This document shows positions 12,036 through 22,497 of a stretch of 64,000 bases of DNA, piece by piece. Position 1 is the first letter of the stretch; every line of letters starts with the position of its first letter. This DNA comes from an uncultured Nitrospinota bacterium. Lineage in GTDB: Bacteria; Tectomicrobia; Entotheonellia; J063; CAVPRW01. The DNA lies in the NCBI GenBank assembly GCA_963707985.1, contig CAVPRW010000028.1, forward strand, positions 20,135-84,134. Direction: 5' to 3'. Below the pieces are notes generated by a model. The model saw only the letters and a list, made by a program, of their open reading frames with translations. It was not told the origin of the DNA and searched no databases. The position numbers and the translations under genes are program-made.

Positions 12036-13787
12036 ATGCCTGAGCTGATCCCGCATCAGTTCCACTTCGTCTTTGGACTCCGCAAGCAGCGCGAGCCGTT
12101 CCATCTCGCCCACTATCTGTGCCTGGAGTCCTGCCGACGCGTCAATCAGCCAGAATCGATGCGCTTCTACTATCACTATGAGCCATATGGGCCGTATTGG
12201 GACCTGATCAAGCCTCAGCTGACGCTTGTGAAAGTGCCATTGGTTCCTCTGGTGGAACGGTTCCGGTATAAAGATCGCGGCATCAAGCGGTTCCGCTATG
12301 CCCACCACTCGGACTTTATCCGGCTGGAAAAACTCCTGGAAAATGGTGGGGTGTATGCAGACATCGACACGCTGTTCGTGCGTCCGTTGCCACCGTCGTT
12401 ATTCCAAAAGCCATTCGTGCTCGGCCGGGAGAGGGCCATCCAGGACCCGAAAACCGGACGGTCGACACCATCGTTATGTAACGCCCTGATCATGTCCACC
12501 CCAGGGGCGGATTTCGGACACCTCTGGCTGGAAGGGATGCTGGCCGAATTCGATGGGACCTGGAGCAATCATTCGACCTTATTCCCTCAGCGGTTGGCCA
12601 CACGGTTTCCAGCTCTCATCCATGTTGAGCCTCAGCGCTCCTTTTACCACTTCCCACCGAGTAGTCGAGGGTTGGCGACTCTCCTGGAAGATCATCAACC
12701 CATCCCTAACGGTGTCTACAGTATGCACCTGTGGGCGCATCTCTGGTGGGAGGAGCGCCGTGTCGATTTCACCATGTTTCACGCGGGTCTGCTGACAGAG
12801 GATTTCATACGCCAAGTGGACACGACATACAACTGCGCCGCCCGGCCGTTTCTGCCGCCGGCCTCCGGAACGTCGTTCCAGCGCAAGTCCGCCGCAGTCC
12901 GCTCGCTCAGCCTCAAGGCGCAAGCTCTGGCCAGGAAAACAACCGCGGGGGCTCGGGTGCTAGCGGGTTTGGCGGTCTATCCGGCGCTTCACAAGGTATG
13001 GCCGGACGCAAAGGTGCGCTTGGGGCTGGCCCGCGGGCATTGGGCGTATAAGAGCGCGTTGCAGCGGTTCAAAGCCCAAAACGCCTTCGAGGCCACAATC
13101 GTGCGCTCGATCATCCTATGGGATGAATACCAGGTGTTCGGGCGGCATTTCCGTCCGGAAGATGTCATCATCGACATCGGCGCCCATATCGGCTCGTTCA
13201 GCTTCGCCTGTCACTACCTTGGAAGCCGGGAAATCCACGCGTTCGAGGCCGACCCGACAAATTTTGTCCGCTTGCGGAATCACGTTTCGGACCTGCCGGG
13301 GATGCATCTATACAACTGCGCCGTTTTTCGCAGCGACGCTCCCGCCGTCGACGGTCTGCTGCACTCCGGCCCGGCGTTTTTCAACACGGGCGGCGGCAAC
13401 GTCATCTTCGGAGGGCAGCTGTTCGATTCTGATACCCAAGAGTCCTGGATATCCGCCGAGACGGACCGGTCTCGGGTCCCAGCCGTGCCGCTGGATGAGG
13501 TCCTCGGGCGGTTCGAGCGAGTCAAGCTGCTCAAGCTCGACTGCGAAGGAAGTGAGTACCCGATCCTGCTCACCAGCACGCAGCTTCCCAAAGTGGAACG
13601 TATCGTCGGCGAATACCACGAAATCCACGCGAGCGCCATGCCTCTGCTGGTGGCGGAGGCCCGTCTGGATGGATTCACATCGTATGGTCCCGACTTGTTG
13701 GCCCGAAAATTGGCGGCTGCCGGCTTTCGGGTAAGCATTATTCCGACCGACGCCGGCCGGGGCAGGTTCGAAGCCGTCAAAAAGTAG
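12036..13787 (+). CDS. Fusion: DXD/GT32-like glycosyltransferase + FkbM-family methyltransferase
   Basis: N-half HHSDFIRLEKLLENGGVYADID, LCNALIMS; C-half IDIGAHIGSF, HAFEAD, LLKLDCEGSEY. Confidence 0.85.
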   Translation: MPELIPHQFHFVFGLRKQREPFHLAHYLCLESCRRVNQPESMRFYYHYEPYGPYWDLIKPQLTLVKVPLVPLVERFRYKDRGIKRFRYAHHSDFIRLEKLLENGGVYADIDTLFVRPLPPSLFQKPFVLGRERAIQDPKTGRSTPSLCNALIMSTPGADFGHLWLEGMLAEFDGTWSNHSTLFPQRLATRFPALIHVEPQRSFYHFPPSSRGLATLLEDHQPIPNGVYSMHLWAHLWWEERRVDFTMFHAGLLTEDFIRQVDTTYNCAARPFLPPASGTSFQRKSAAVRSLSLKAQALARKTTAGARVLAGLAVYPALHKVWPDAKVRLGLARGHWAYKSALQRFKAQNAFEATIVRSIILWDEYQVFGRHFRPEDVIIDIGAHIGSFSFACHYLGSREIHAFEADPTNFVRLRNHVSDLPGMHLYNCAVFRSDAPAVDGLLHSGPAFFNTGGGNVIFGGQLFDSDTQESWISAETDRSRVPAVPLDEVLGRFERVKLLKLDCEGSEYPILLTSTQLPKVERIVGEYHEIHASAMPLLVAEARLDGFTSYGPDLLARKLAAAGFRVSIIPTDAGRGRFEAVKK

Positions 13788-13862
13788 AGCGCGGCGTGCC
13801 ATACCGCACGCCATCAACACCCCGACCATGTCGGCAGCGGGGCAAGATCTTCCCTCGTCGGC

Positions 13863-14660
13863 TTGCGACGTCACCTCCTCAACAACATTTCGCTGGTCGG
13901 TGGACCAAAGATCCTGGCATATGGGCAGGGCATCAAACTGTACACCATGCATGAGTATTGGCTGGTGTGCCCCACCCATGTGCTGTTCAAGTATAATCGC
14001 ACCGCTTGCATGCAGCCTCATTGCTTCGCCTGTAGCCTGACGTATAAGCGCCGCCCGCAGTGGTGGCGGCATCTGAAACTGTTGGAAACGGCGGTCAACT
14101 ACGTCGATACGTTTATCGCCCCAAGCCGCTTCTGCAAGAACCTACACTTGCGGAGAGGACTCAACGTTCCCAGTGTGCATCTGCCCAGTTTTGTCCCCTC
14201 AGTAGAGCCCGTCTCCGCAGCACCCGAGCCGCGCCATCGCCACACGCGAGGGAGGCCGTATTTTCTCTTTGTCGGGCGCCTGGAGAAGCTGAAAGGCGTG
14301 CAGAGGCTTATACCACTCTTTCGCCACTATCAGAAGGCTGAGCTCGTGATCGCAGGCACAGGCAGTTATGAGTCGCAGTTGAAACGGTTAGCTAAGAATT
14401 GCGCTAACATCCGATTTTTGGGTTACGTGTCAACCCTCAGTTGCATGCCTTGTACGACAAGGCCGTAGCTGTTATTGTGCCAACCTTATGCTTCGAAAGC
14501 TTCCCTCAAGTGATTATCGAGGCCTTCAGTCGGCAAACACCAGCTCTTGTCACAAACATGGGTGGGATGCCAGAGATAATCGAAGAGAGCGGCGGAGGAT
14601 GCATTTACAATACAGACGAGGAGTTGCTAGCAGCGGCGGATAGCCACCTTCGCGGCTGGC
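13863..14660 (+). pseudogene. Glycosyltransferase family 4 fragment, 5'-truncated and frameshifted at ~14440
   Basis: YTMHEYWLVCP, FVGRLEKLKG in one frame; ESFPQVIIEAF...TNMGGMPEII in the next. Confidence 0.75.
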
Positions 14661-14960
14661 TTGCCCAGCTTTTTCCGCCAGCGCATCACCATCTCGCAAG
14701 CCGAGGAGGCGATCAAGCGCGGACTGGACCAACGCGAGGCCGGCTTTCTCGATCTCATCCGGACCCGGGTCTATGGTGACCCGACCAGTCCGTATCTCCG
14801 GCTGCTCGCGATCGCCGGATGCGAGTTTCCGGATGTCTGCGACAGCATTCATCATGGCATCAGGAGTGACCGATGGATGATTTTGCGACGAGATCAAGGC
14901 TGCGCATGAGATTGTGGCGTTTTTTGCGGCATAACAGGCACTAGACGGAGGGTTAGACGG

Positions 14961-15452
14961 ATGACCATGAACGAATCAGAAACGCTCGGAATCGACATCG
15001 GCGGCGTCATCATCGACCGTGTGAGCGAGGATGCCCAGAGCTATGCCGAGGCGGCAGCAGTTGATGGCGCATTCGAGGCTATTGCGCAGCTCGTCCAGCG
15101 ACGGTTCCGAGAGCGCGTCTGGTTGGTCTCACGGTGTGAGGAGTCGAGAGATCCGGTGCTAATGGAGTGGCTGGAACGGCATGACTTCTTCGGCTCAACC
15201 GGTGTCACACGCAATCAGGTGCTCTTCTGCCGGCAACGACACGAAAAGGCGACGATATCCCAGCAACTCGGGGTTAGCCATTTCATTGACGACCGTCTTG
15301 AAGTACTCAGCCATCTCGTGGGCAACGTGCCCAATCTTTACCTTTTCCAATCAAGAGCCGAGGATATAGATCGTTTTCGTCAGTTCTTGCCACACGTGCA
15401 CCTAGTCAGGAGATGGAGCGAGATTGTAGACGCCGTGCTGCCACCTGGATGA
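14961..15452 (+). CDS. HAD-like hypothetical protein
   Basis: GIDIGGVI; LVS; K...HFIDDR, HAD-like motifs with a non-canonical DxG. Confidence 0.6.
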   Translation: MTMNESETLGIDIGGVIIDRVSEDAQSYAEAAAVDGAFEAIAQLVQRRFRERVWLVSRCEESRDPVLMEWLERHDFFGSTGVTRNQVLFCRQRHEKATISQQLGVSHFIDDRLEVLSHLVGNVPNLYLFQSRAEDIDRFRQFLPHVHLVRRWSEIVDAVLPPG

Positions 15453-15686
15453 TGAACTGCCATCGTTAGCCTTCACCTAGATAATCGAGCGAGGCAGTGG
15501 GATATAGGCGCGGTTCGGTCAGCAGAGGATTTCCCAACACGTGCCTTCGGTTTTCGGGACGCCACAAGTCTGTTCGGCTTCGAGCGGTCGCTCCACATCC
15601 CGCGGTGACCAGCATGAGCAACTCGATCGACAGCGCAGCCTCAGGAGCAACCGGTCGGTGATTCTACGACGAGATCACAGCTTCGC

Positions 15687-16400
15687 ATGAGATCTTGGCG
15701 TTTCTTGCGGCATAATCGTTTTGGGTATGATGCCGTTCTGCTGCTCAGCGTCCAGATCCTTTACAAGCTGAGCGGAGTCGTCCTGCTCGTCGTCCTCTCT
15801 GTCGCCTGTCGGCCGCAGATATCGGCGTCTACTTTTTTGCCCTTGCCGTGGGCACCCTCTTTGGGAATCCTTATCGAAGCCAATATCCTGCGCTCCTTGT
15901 GTCTGCTGGGAACAGCTGCGTTGGTGACCCACCGCTGACTCTGCCCACTGCAGGTGTCATGGGACTGCAGCTTCATTAAATAAGGTACCCCCTTCATTCT
16001 CCTCACCCTTCTCGCCATGCTGCGAGGGCAGGGTGATACGCTGCTCCTCAGGTTCTTTACGGACTACGACACCGTCGGTCATTGCCAGCTGGCCCTCAGA
16101 ACCGTGTGAGCCTTCGCCTTTGTGCCAATGACGGTCGGCCAGGTGTTCTTTCTACAGCTCGCGGCCCACGGCCTTAGCCGAGAGAACCGTTATACCCTTA
16201 TACGAGGGGCCGGGTTTCTCCTCGGCCTGGGTCTGCTCGGCATAGGAGTCATGTTCCTCGCCGCAGTCCAGCTGACAGCGGTGTTATATAGCTCTCTTGC
16301 CGAGGCGATCACCCCACTGCTCTGTCTCCTGGCACTATCCTTGCCGCTGACCTTTCTCTGCCTTTTCTTGTTCTCTTCCCTACAGGCATTGCATCAGGAG
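15687..16400 (+). pseudogene. Oligosaccharide flippase (Wzx-like) remnant
   Basis: Hydrophobic fragments (QILYKLSGVVLLVVLS; DTLLLRFFTDYDTVGHCQLALR; LLALSLPLTFL) in broken frames. Confidence 0.45.
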
Positions 16401-16701
16401 ACAAAATCACTGATCTCACCCATTATGCCCCCCAGGATTGTCCTGCAGATTCCAGTCGTCACCACACCACTCCTGTTTCCCTGGAGTGCTCGACCTCCAC
16501 CCCACACATGCTTCACTACGATCCATAGGTCCTCCTGTGGCTCTGTGCAGAGCCCTTTTTGCAGGAACGGCACAGCGAGGAGTATGGCTGTGAGGTGGAT
16601 GAGTCGCGTTTGCATACAACACTGCCAGAGTGTAAAATTCAGCTGTTGAACGCTTCAAGGTAACCCGTTTTTCATTCGTGGTCGGTTGCCGCTAGGAGCT
16701 G

Positions 16702-17646
16702 TTGATGCCATTTACTGTGGCTGATTTCCACGATTTGATTCGGCTCCTCGAAGAGCATCCGGATTGGCAGACTGAGCTACGGCGGGTGCTTTTCTCGCAG
16801 GACTTACTCGATTTGCCACGCACGGTACAGGAATTGGCGATTGCCCAGCGCCGCACGGAGGAGGCCATCACACATTTAACCCAACGTATGGAGCAGGGTT
16901 TTGCTGAGGCCTCAACCGAACGCCACGAGCTACGCCAGGATCTCACCCAACTAACCGGGCGTGCGGATCGGTTAACCGGCCGCGTGGAGCAGGGCTTTGC
17001 CGACGCCGCTGAGGATCGACAGCGTATTCGCACAGACATGGCGCAGGGCTTTGCTGAGGCCGCTGAGGATCGACAACGTATTCGCACAGACATGGCGCAG
17101 GGCTTTGCTGAGGCTGCTGAAGATCGACAACGTATTCGCACAGACATGGCTCAGGGCTTTGTCGACGCCGCCGCCGATCGGCGTGACATGCGGCGCGATA
17201 TCGGACAATTGAAGGGATTGGGGCAAGAACAATTCTATCGTGACCGCGCGGCTGCAATTTTCGGGCGCCTTCTGAGGCAAGGATATGACGCCACAAATCA
17301 AGTAGCTGACCTCCTCCAAGACGCCCGCCGGACCGGTGTCATTTCCGATCGCGACTACCAGGAAGCGCTGGCGGCAGACCTACTATGGGGCGGTCAAACA
17401 CGCGACAGCCGTCAGCCTATTGTGCTTGTGCTCGAAGCTTCCTGGACGGTAGGACATGTCGATGTCGAGCGTGCGGCCAGGCGCGCGTCCGTGTTGCGGC
17501 AAGCTGGGTTGAGGGCTCTACCTGTGGCTGCGGGCCAGGAATGGCCACCCAACATGCAGGACGATGCCAGACGGTTGGGAGTGGCCATCGTCCAAGACGG
17601 GACAGTGGATCAAGAAAGCTGGGAAGCAGCTCTCGCCCAGGCGTAA
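16702..17646 (+). CDS. Hypothetical coiled-coil repeat protein with a C-terminal PD-(D/E)XK-like domain
   Basis: MPFTVADFHDLIRLLEEHPDW start; 18-aa tandem repeats; ADLLWGG...LVLEASW. Confidence 0.6.
   Translation: MMPFTVADFHDLIRLLEEHPDWQTELRRVLFSQDLLDLPRTVQELAIAQRRTEEAITHLTQRMEQGFAEASTERHELRQDLTQLTGRADRLTGRVEQGFADAAEDRQRIRTDMAQGFAEAAEDRQRIRTDMAQGFAEAAEDRQRIRTDMAQGFVDAAADRRDMRRDIGQLKGLGQEQFYRDRAAAIFGRLLRQGYDATNQVADLLQDARRTGVISDRDYQEALAADLLWGGQTRDSRQPIVLVLEASWTVGHVDVERAARRASVLRQAGLRALPVAAGQEWPPNMQDDARRLGVAIVQDGTVDQESWEAALAQA
16988..17170 (+). repeat. Coding 54-bp tandem repeat (~3.4 copies)
   Basis: CAGGGCTTTGCTGAGGCCGCTGAGGATCGACAACGTATTCGCACAGACATGGCG repeated; encodes QGFAEAAEDRQRIRTDMA. 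Confidence 0.9.
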
Positions 17647-17746
17647 CCATCCATTGGACTTTTCTCCTTTTGGTACTTCACTATGTTACATGGTGACACC
17701 ATCGCCTCATCACAGGGTTGATTCATTTACCCGAAAGGAGCATCCC

Positions 17747-19519
17747 ATGCCCGACTCACCACGGATCTCCTCCGCCCAGTACGGCTCCGATGTCATCGTC
17801 GATCTCTTGAAAGCCCTTGGCATTGAGTATACGGCCTTTAACCCCGGCTCAAGCTTCCGCGGCCTGCACGACTCGCTCGTCAATTACGGCGGCAATCGGC
17901 TGCCCGAGGTCATCGAGTGCGGCCACGAAGAGGTCTCAGTGGCCATGGCCCATGGGTATGCCAAGGCCACCGGCCGTCCGATGGTGGCCATCGCCCATAA
18001 CATCGTCGGCCTGCAACACGCCTCGATGGCCATTTTCAACGCCTGGTGCGATCGCGTGCCGATGCTCGTCCTCGGAGGTACCGGACCCATGGATCTGACC
18101 AAGCGCCGCCCCTGGATCGATTGGATCCATACAGGGCTCGTCCAGGGCAACCTGGTGCGTGATTATGTCAAATGGGATGACCAACCTCACACCCTTGCTG
18201 CCGTTCCCGAATCGCTCCTGCGCGCCTATCGGACCGCAGTGACCGAGCCGCAAGGTCCGGTCTATGTCTGCTATGACGTGGATCTACAAGAGAGTCCCGT
18301 CAGCGAGCCCATCTCGCTGCCGAACCCGCAGCACTATGGCCCTCCGACACCACTGGCCGCCAGCCCCGACGCCGTACAGCAAGTGGCCAAATGGTTGGTG
18401 GGTGCGGAACACCCGGTCATCATCGCCGATGCCGTTGGACGGCATCCCGACGCTGTACGTACCCTCGTCGAGCTCGCAGAATTGTTAGCCATTCCGGTCC
18501 TCGATCACGGCGCGCGTTTCAACATGCCCAATACGCATGCGCTCGATTGTACCGGCGCCGATGCCGAACTTTTGCCACGCGCGGATGTGGTGCTAGCTCT
18601 CGATGTGGTCGATCTCTTCCGATCGTTGAATCGTCTGGATCGCCACACCCGCACCCTGCAGTCTATCGTCTCGGATAACGCCAAGATCGTGCATATCTCC
18701 CTGGGCGATTTCGCCATCCGCAGTTGGGCCGGAGATTATCAACGCCTGCATCGCCTCGACCTGCCCATCGCAGCCGACACCTCGGTGGCTCTGCACCAGC
18801 TGCTCGCCGCCTGCCGCGATCTCATGGGTCCTACAACCACGCAGAGCGAGCGCTTCGTCGAACGCTTGGCACGCCTCAAAGCCATGCATGAGGCGCAGCG
18901 CCAAGGCTGGCATGACCGCGCCCAGCAACTGGCGGGGCAGACGCCGATGACGCCTGCGACTGTGGCCGGGATCATCTGGGAGGTGATCAAGGATCGGGAC
19001 TGGCGGCTAGTCAATGGCACGCTGAACGGTTGGGCGCGGCGTTTGTGGGAGTGGACCGAGCCCCGACAATATCTCGGCGGCAGCGGCGGCGCTGGCGTCG
19101 GCTATGCCATCGGCGCCTCCCTGGGGGCAGCCCTAGCCGATAAAGGCTCCGGACGCGTGTGTGTCGATCTACAATCCGATGGCGATCTGCTAGCCTGTAG
19201 CAGCGCCCTCTGGACGGCGGCCCATCACCAGATTCCGCTCTTGATGGTCATGCATAACAATCGCAGCCTGTACAACTCGGAGGAGCACGCCGAGGAGGTG
19301 GCGCGCATTCGTGGCCGGCCCGTGGCCAACAAGGGCATTGGCACCCGGCTCGATGAGCCGCCTGTGGATTTTGCCACGGTGGCACGGGGATTTGGCATCT
19401 ATGCCGAGGGCCCAGTGGAAGATGCCCACACCCTGCGGCCAGCACTCGAGCGTGCCCTCAAAGTCGTCGTCGAGGAAGGCCGCGCCGCCCTCGTGGACGT
19501 GGTGGCGCAGCCGCGTTGA
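17747..19519 (+). CDS. Thiamine-diphosphate-dependent enzyme (acetolactate synthase/benzoylformate decarboxylase-like)
   Basis: NPGSSFRGLHDS; HEEVSVAMAHGYAK; SDGD...HNN ThDP motif; AAGGAG RBS before ATG 17747. Confidence 0.9.
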   Translation: MPDSPRISSAQYGSDVIVDLLKALGIEYTAFNPGSSFRGLHDSLVNYGGNRLPEVIECGHEEVSVAMAHGYAKATGRPMVAIAHNIVGLQHASMAIFNAWCDRVPMLVLGGTGPMDLTKRRPWIDWIHTGLVQGNLVRDYVKWDDQPHTLAAVPESLLRAYRTAVTEPQGPVYVCYDVDLQESPVSEPISLPNPQHYGPPTPLAASPDAVQQVAKWLVGAEHPVIIADAVGRHPDAVRTLVELAELLAIPVLDHGARFNMPNTHALDCTGADAELLPRADVVLALDVVDLFRSLNRLDRHTRTLQSIVSDNAKIVHISLGDFAIRSWAGDYQRLHRLDLPIAADTSVALHQLLAACRDLMGPTTTQSERFVERLARLKAMHEAQRQGWHDRAQQLAGQTPMTPATVAGIIWEVIKDRDWRLVNGTLNGWARRLWEWTEPRQYLGGSGGAGVGYAIGASLGAALADKGSGRVCVDLQSDGDLLACSSALWTAAHHQIPLLMVMHNNRSLYNSEEHAEEVARIRGRPVANKGIGTRLDEPPVDFATVARGFGIYAEGPVEDAHTLRPALERALKVVVEEGRAALVDVVAQPR

Positions 19520-20333
19520 TCGAGGGCGGTGCCTCGTCCTCCGCATCCTCCCCACGATCTTGTGCACCGAGGAACAGGTCCAGGCCATGCGGCGCTGCCT
19601 GAGCATAGATGGCCTGCATGGCCTCGAGGAAAGGTGTTTGTCCACGCCAAAACGGAAAACTGCCGAGCCGTTTCGGCACCGCAGCAGCGATCGGCGGGAC
19701 CCAGACCTCACCGAACGGGTCATCAGGGAGGGTCGCCCCGCCCCAAAACCTGCTGCTGTCGGAGGTCAGCGGTTCGGGAGACGGGGCAGTGCTTCTTCCT
19801 GCCGCGGCGAGGGCGGAGGGCTCCAGCTCCGGCGCTGAGCCGCCAGCATAGCTGTGCAAACGCTCGAGCAGCTCCTCGCGACTCATGCCGCGCAGACGAA
19901 AGAGCAGAAACGGGTCGCGGTCGAACTCTTCGCCTATGAGATAGTACACCGCCGCGACGTGTTTACAGGGGTTTGACCAGTCGGGACACGAGCAGTCTGT
20001 TTCGAGATCCTTCAGGCGCGTGGGGAAGAGCGACAGCCCTACACCCGTAAAGACAGCCTCGATATCCTGCGGCATCTCACCCGCCAACAATTTCGCTGCG
20101 ACGATCGCTTGCTGCGATAGCGCATCGATCAGCTTGCCCCAATCATCCGAGGCTAGCGCTTGCAGCGCGATCGTCACCTGGTACGGTCGTGGCTGCGATC
20201 CCTGTACGCTGGCCTCCACCCGCCCCTTGTCGATTGTAATAGACACCACCTGCCCTCGGCGCGCATAGTAGCGTCCGCTCCTCCCCAAGCGCATCGCCGT
20301 CACCTCTTGGCTTATGTCATCAGTACTCCCCAA
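19458..20333 (-). CDS. SWIM zinc-finger protein, probably N-terminally truncated
   Basis: CSCPDWSNPCKH; ASVQGSQPRPY; FDRDPFLLFRLRG. Confidence 0.8.
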   Translation of the reverse strand: MGSTDDISQEVTAMRLGRSGRYYARRGQVVSITIDKGRVEASVQGSQPRPYQVTIALQALASDDWGKLIDALSQQAIVAAKLLAGEMPQDIEAVFTGVGLSLFPTRLKDLETDCSCPDWSNPCKHVAAVYYLIGEEFDRDPFLLFRLRGMSREELLERLHSYAGGSAPELEPSALAAAGRSTAPSPEPLTSDSSRFWGGATLPDDPFGEVWVPPIAAAVPKRLGSFPFWRGQTPFLEAMQAIYAQAAPHGLDLFLGAQDRGEDAEDEAPPSINAAAPPRPRGRRGLPRRRL

Positions 20334-21156
20334 GACACATCATATGCACTGTTCACATAGCGTTTTATCTTCACCATGTGTAAACGTCTCTAAGCTGTTG
20401 CAGCCGTATTCTCTCAGGAGTGATTTTATCTTAGATATAACATCTAAAGCAATTCCCTACCAGTCCTGTTCATATTGACGATTCCAATATCCATTTTTAA
20501 ACGATCTCTACAATTTTAAATGTTCTTTACAATCATCACATATGAGCCTTGACTTTTCTGGGAAGGTTGTTATAGTCAGCCCTGGTGCCAGTAGTATGGC
20601 TGTCAGGACTGTTGTTATCATCGCTGAGGAGCTCTCTGATGAAGAAACTCGTGAGTCTTTACCCAGCCCTCGATCGTCCCGCTTTGCCCGTTCTTCCCGC
20701 GCGATCTCGTTACCTGGCCAGGCCCAACTGCTGATCGTACTCGCCATACCGGGGAGCATGATCTCCACACGCGCGTGTATGACTTCGATGGCTCTCCCAG
20801 GCCCATGACTGTCCCCTCGATGTCTCTAGTCCCCCCATTGTGTTAGGCGTAGGGCCAGTCTGGCCGCGGCGCTTCTGTTTAATTCATCGACTCACGAGGC
20901 GAGCAAAGTCGCTTCCCGTGTTGATAGAGATAGGCCGGATGCCCTCCTTCGTGGATGATCCCGTTGGCAAGTTCGCGACTCCGGTGCACACAATCGTCGT
21001 CAACTAGTTCAAGCCTTCACACAGTTGATGAGCTGCTCGCCAACTATCGATGAGGTACGACATTACCCTGCTGATGTCGCTTCAGCTAATCTCCTCTGAC
21101 AAGTTGTCGTACAAGTGAGTGTGGATTTCATGCAGTCGCCAAAGGTAGGTGTGGCC

Positions 21157-22341
21157 ATGCTAGCACAAAAACGACGTATTGTTCTGTGTGCTGTGCTCTC
21201 TGTCGTCTTGACGGCTTTCCACGTTCATGCGGCACGGGTTTCATTATCATGGATTGCTCCAACAACCAACGAAGATGGTACACCTCTGACCGACCTTGCA
21301 GGCTATGAGGTATACTACGGTTTTGCCAGTCGGTCGTACGATGTTACCATCGACGTTGGCCTCACCACCAGCGCCGTCCTCTCGGGCCTGCAAGACGGGC
21401 GGGCATACTACTTCGCCGTCACCGCCTATGATACCTCCGGCAACCAGAGCGTCTTCGCCGAAGTACCGTATACCACTCCTCTCGCCGACACAGATGGCGA
21501 CGGTTTAATGATGTGGATGAGCGCAACATATATGGTACCGATCCCACCAAGGCCGATACGGACGGTGATGGCATCATGATGGCGGCCCAGGCCAACGACG
21601 GCAATGGGGGGACGCGCTGGAATAGCGCCAATGGGGAGACGGTCGGCGCCTGGCTGGCACTGGATTTCGGCGCTCTCGCCACCTTTGATACCATCGTGAT
21701 TAAGGAGGCCATCACCCGTATCACGGCCTACCGCCTGCAGTACTGGGATGGGAGCACCTGGCGCGATATTTTGTCAGGCAATAGCATCGGAGCCACGAAA
21801 ACGCATACCTTTGCAGCCCTGACAGCGCAATGGGTGCGCCTCTATGTCACCAGTCACCATCAGCAGCGGCAGCGATGGCACGCCCAGCATCGCGGAATTT
21901 GAAGTCTATGGCAGCGACCCTGGTAATGGTGGCAATGCTTGTGGATTTGCGAATCTAGCCATGTGTGCCACGGCCTCCGCGTCCTCAGTGTGGTCGGTCG
22001 GCTATGAGGCGGCCCAAGCCAACGACGGCAATGGGGGGACGCGCTGGAATAGCGCCAACGGGGAGACGGTCGGCGCCTGGCTGGCACTGGACTTCGGCGC
22101 CCTCGCCACCTTTGATACCATCGTGATTAAGGAGGCCCTCACCCGTATCACGGGCTACCGCCTACAGTACTGGGATGGGAGCACTTGGCGCGATATTCTG
22201 TCAGGCAATAGTATCGGAGCCACGAAAACGCATACCTTTGCAGCCCTGACAGTGCAACGGGTACGCCTCTATGTCACCAACACTATCAGCGGCGGCAGCG
22301 ACGGGACACCTACCATCTATGAGTTTGAAGTGTACCAATAG
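21157..22341 (+). pseudogene. Secreted FN3 + DxDxDG repeat + 2x discoidin (F5/8 type C, CBM32-like) protein; frameshifts at ~21510 and ~21855
   Basis: Signal peptide; LSWIAP...YEVYYG...YFAVTAYDTSGNQS; DTDGDG x2; two near-identical ANDGNGGTRW...WLALDFG...VRLYV...EFEVY modules (from 21581 and 22008). Confidence 0.75.
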
Positions 22342-22497
22342 CTCCTGACAGAAGCGTTAACGGCGCTGGGCTCATCAACCTGCGATGAGGAAGGCCGCGC
22401 CACCGTCATGAACTCGACAACGCGTCGGACTCTGTCTGGAAGCGCTGGACCATCCGGTGGCGTTGGCGTATAGTGTCAGTACTATGCTGACGTGCAA

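Noticed and set aside
16988..17170. CRISPR array
   Set aside because: The repeats are contiguous, in-frame 54-mers without unique spacers, and there are no cas genes
20340..21100. Protein-coding gene in the region upstream of SWIM
   Set aside because: Only short ORFs without recognisable motifs
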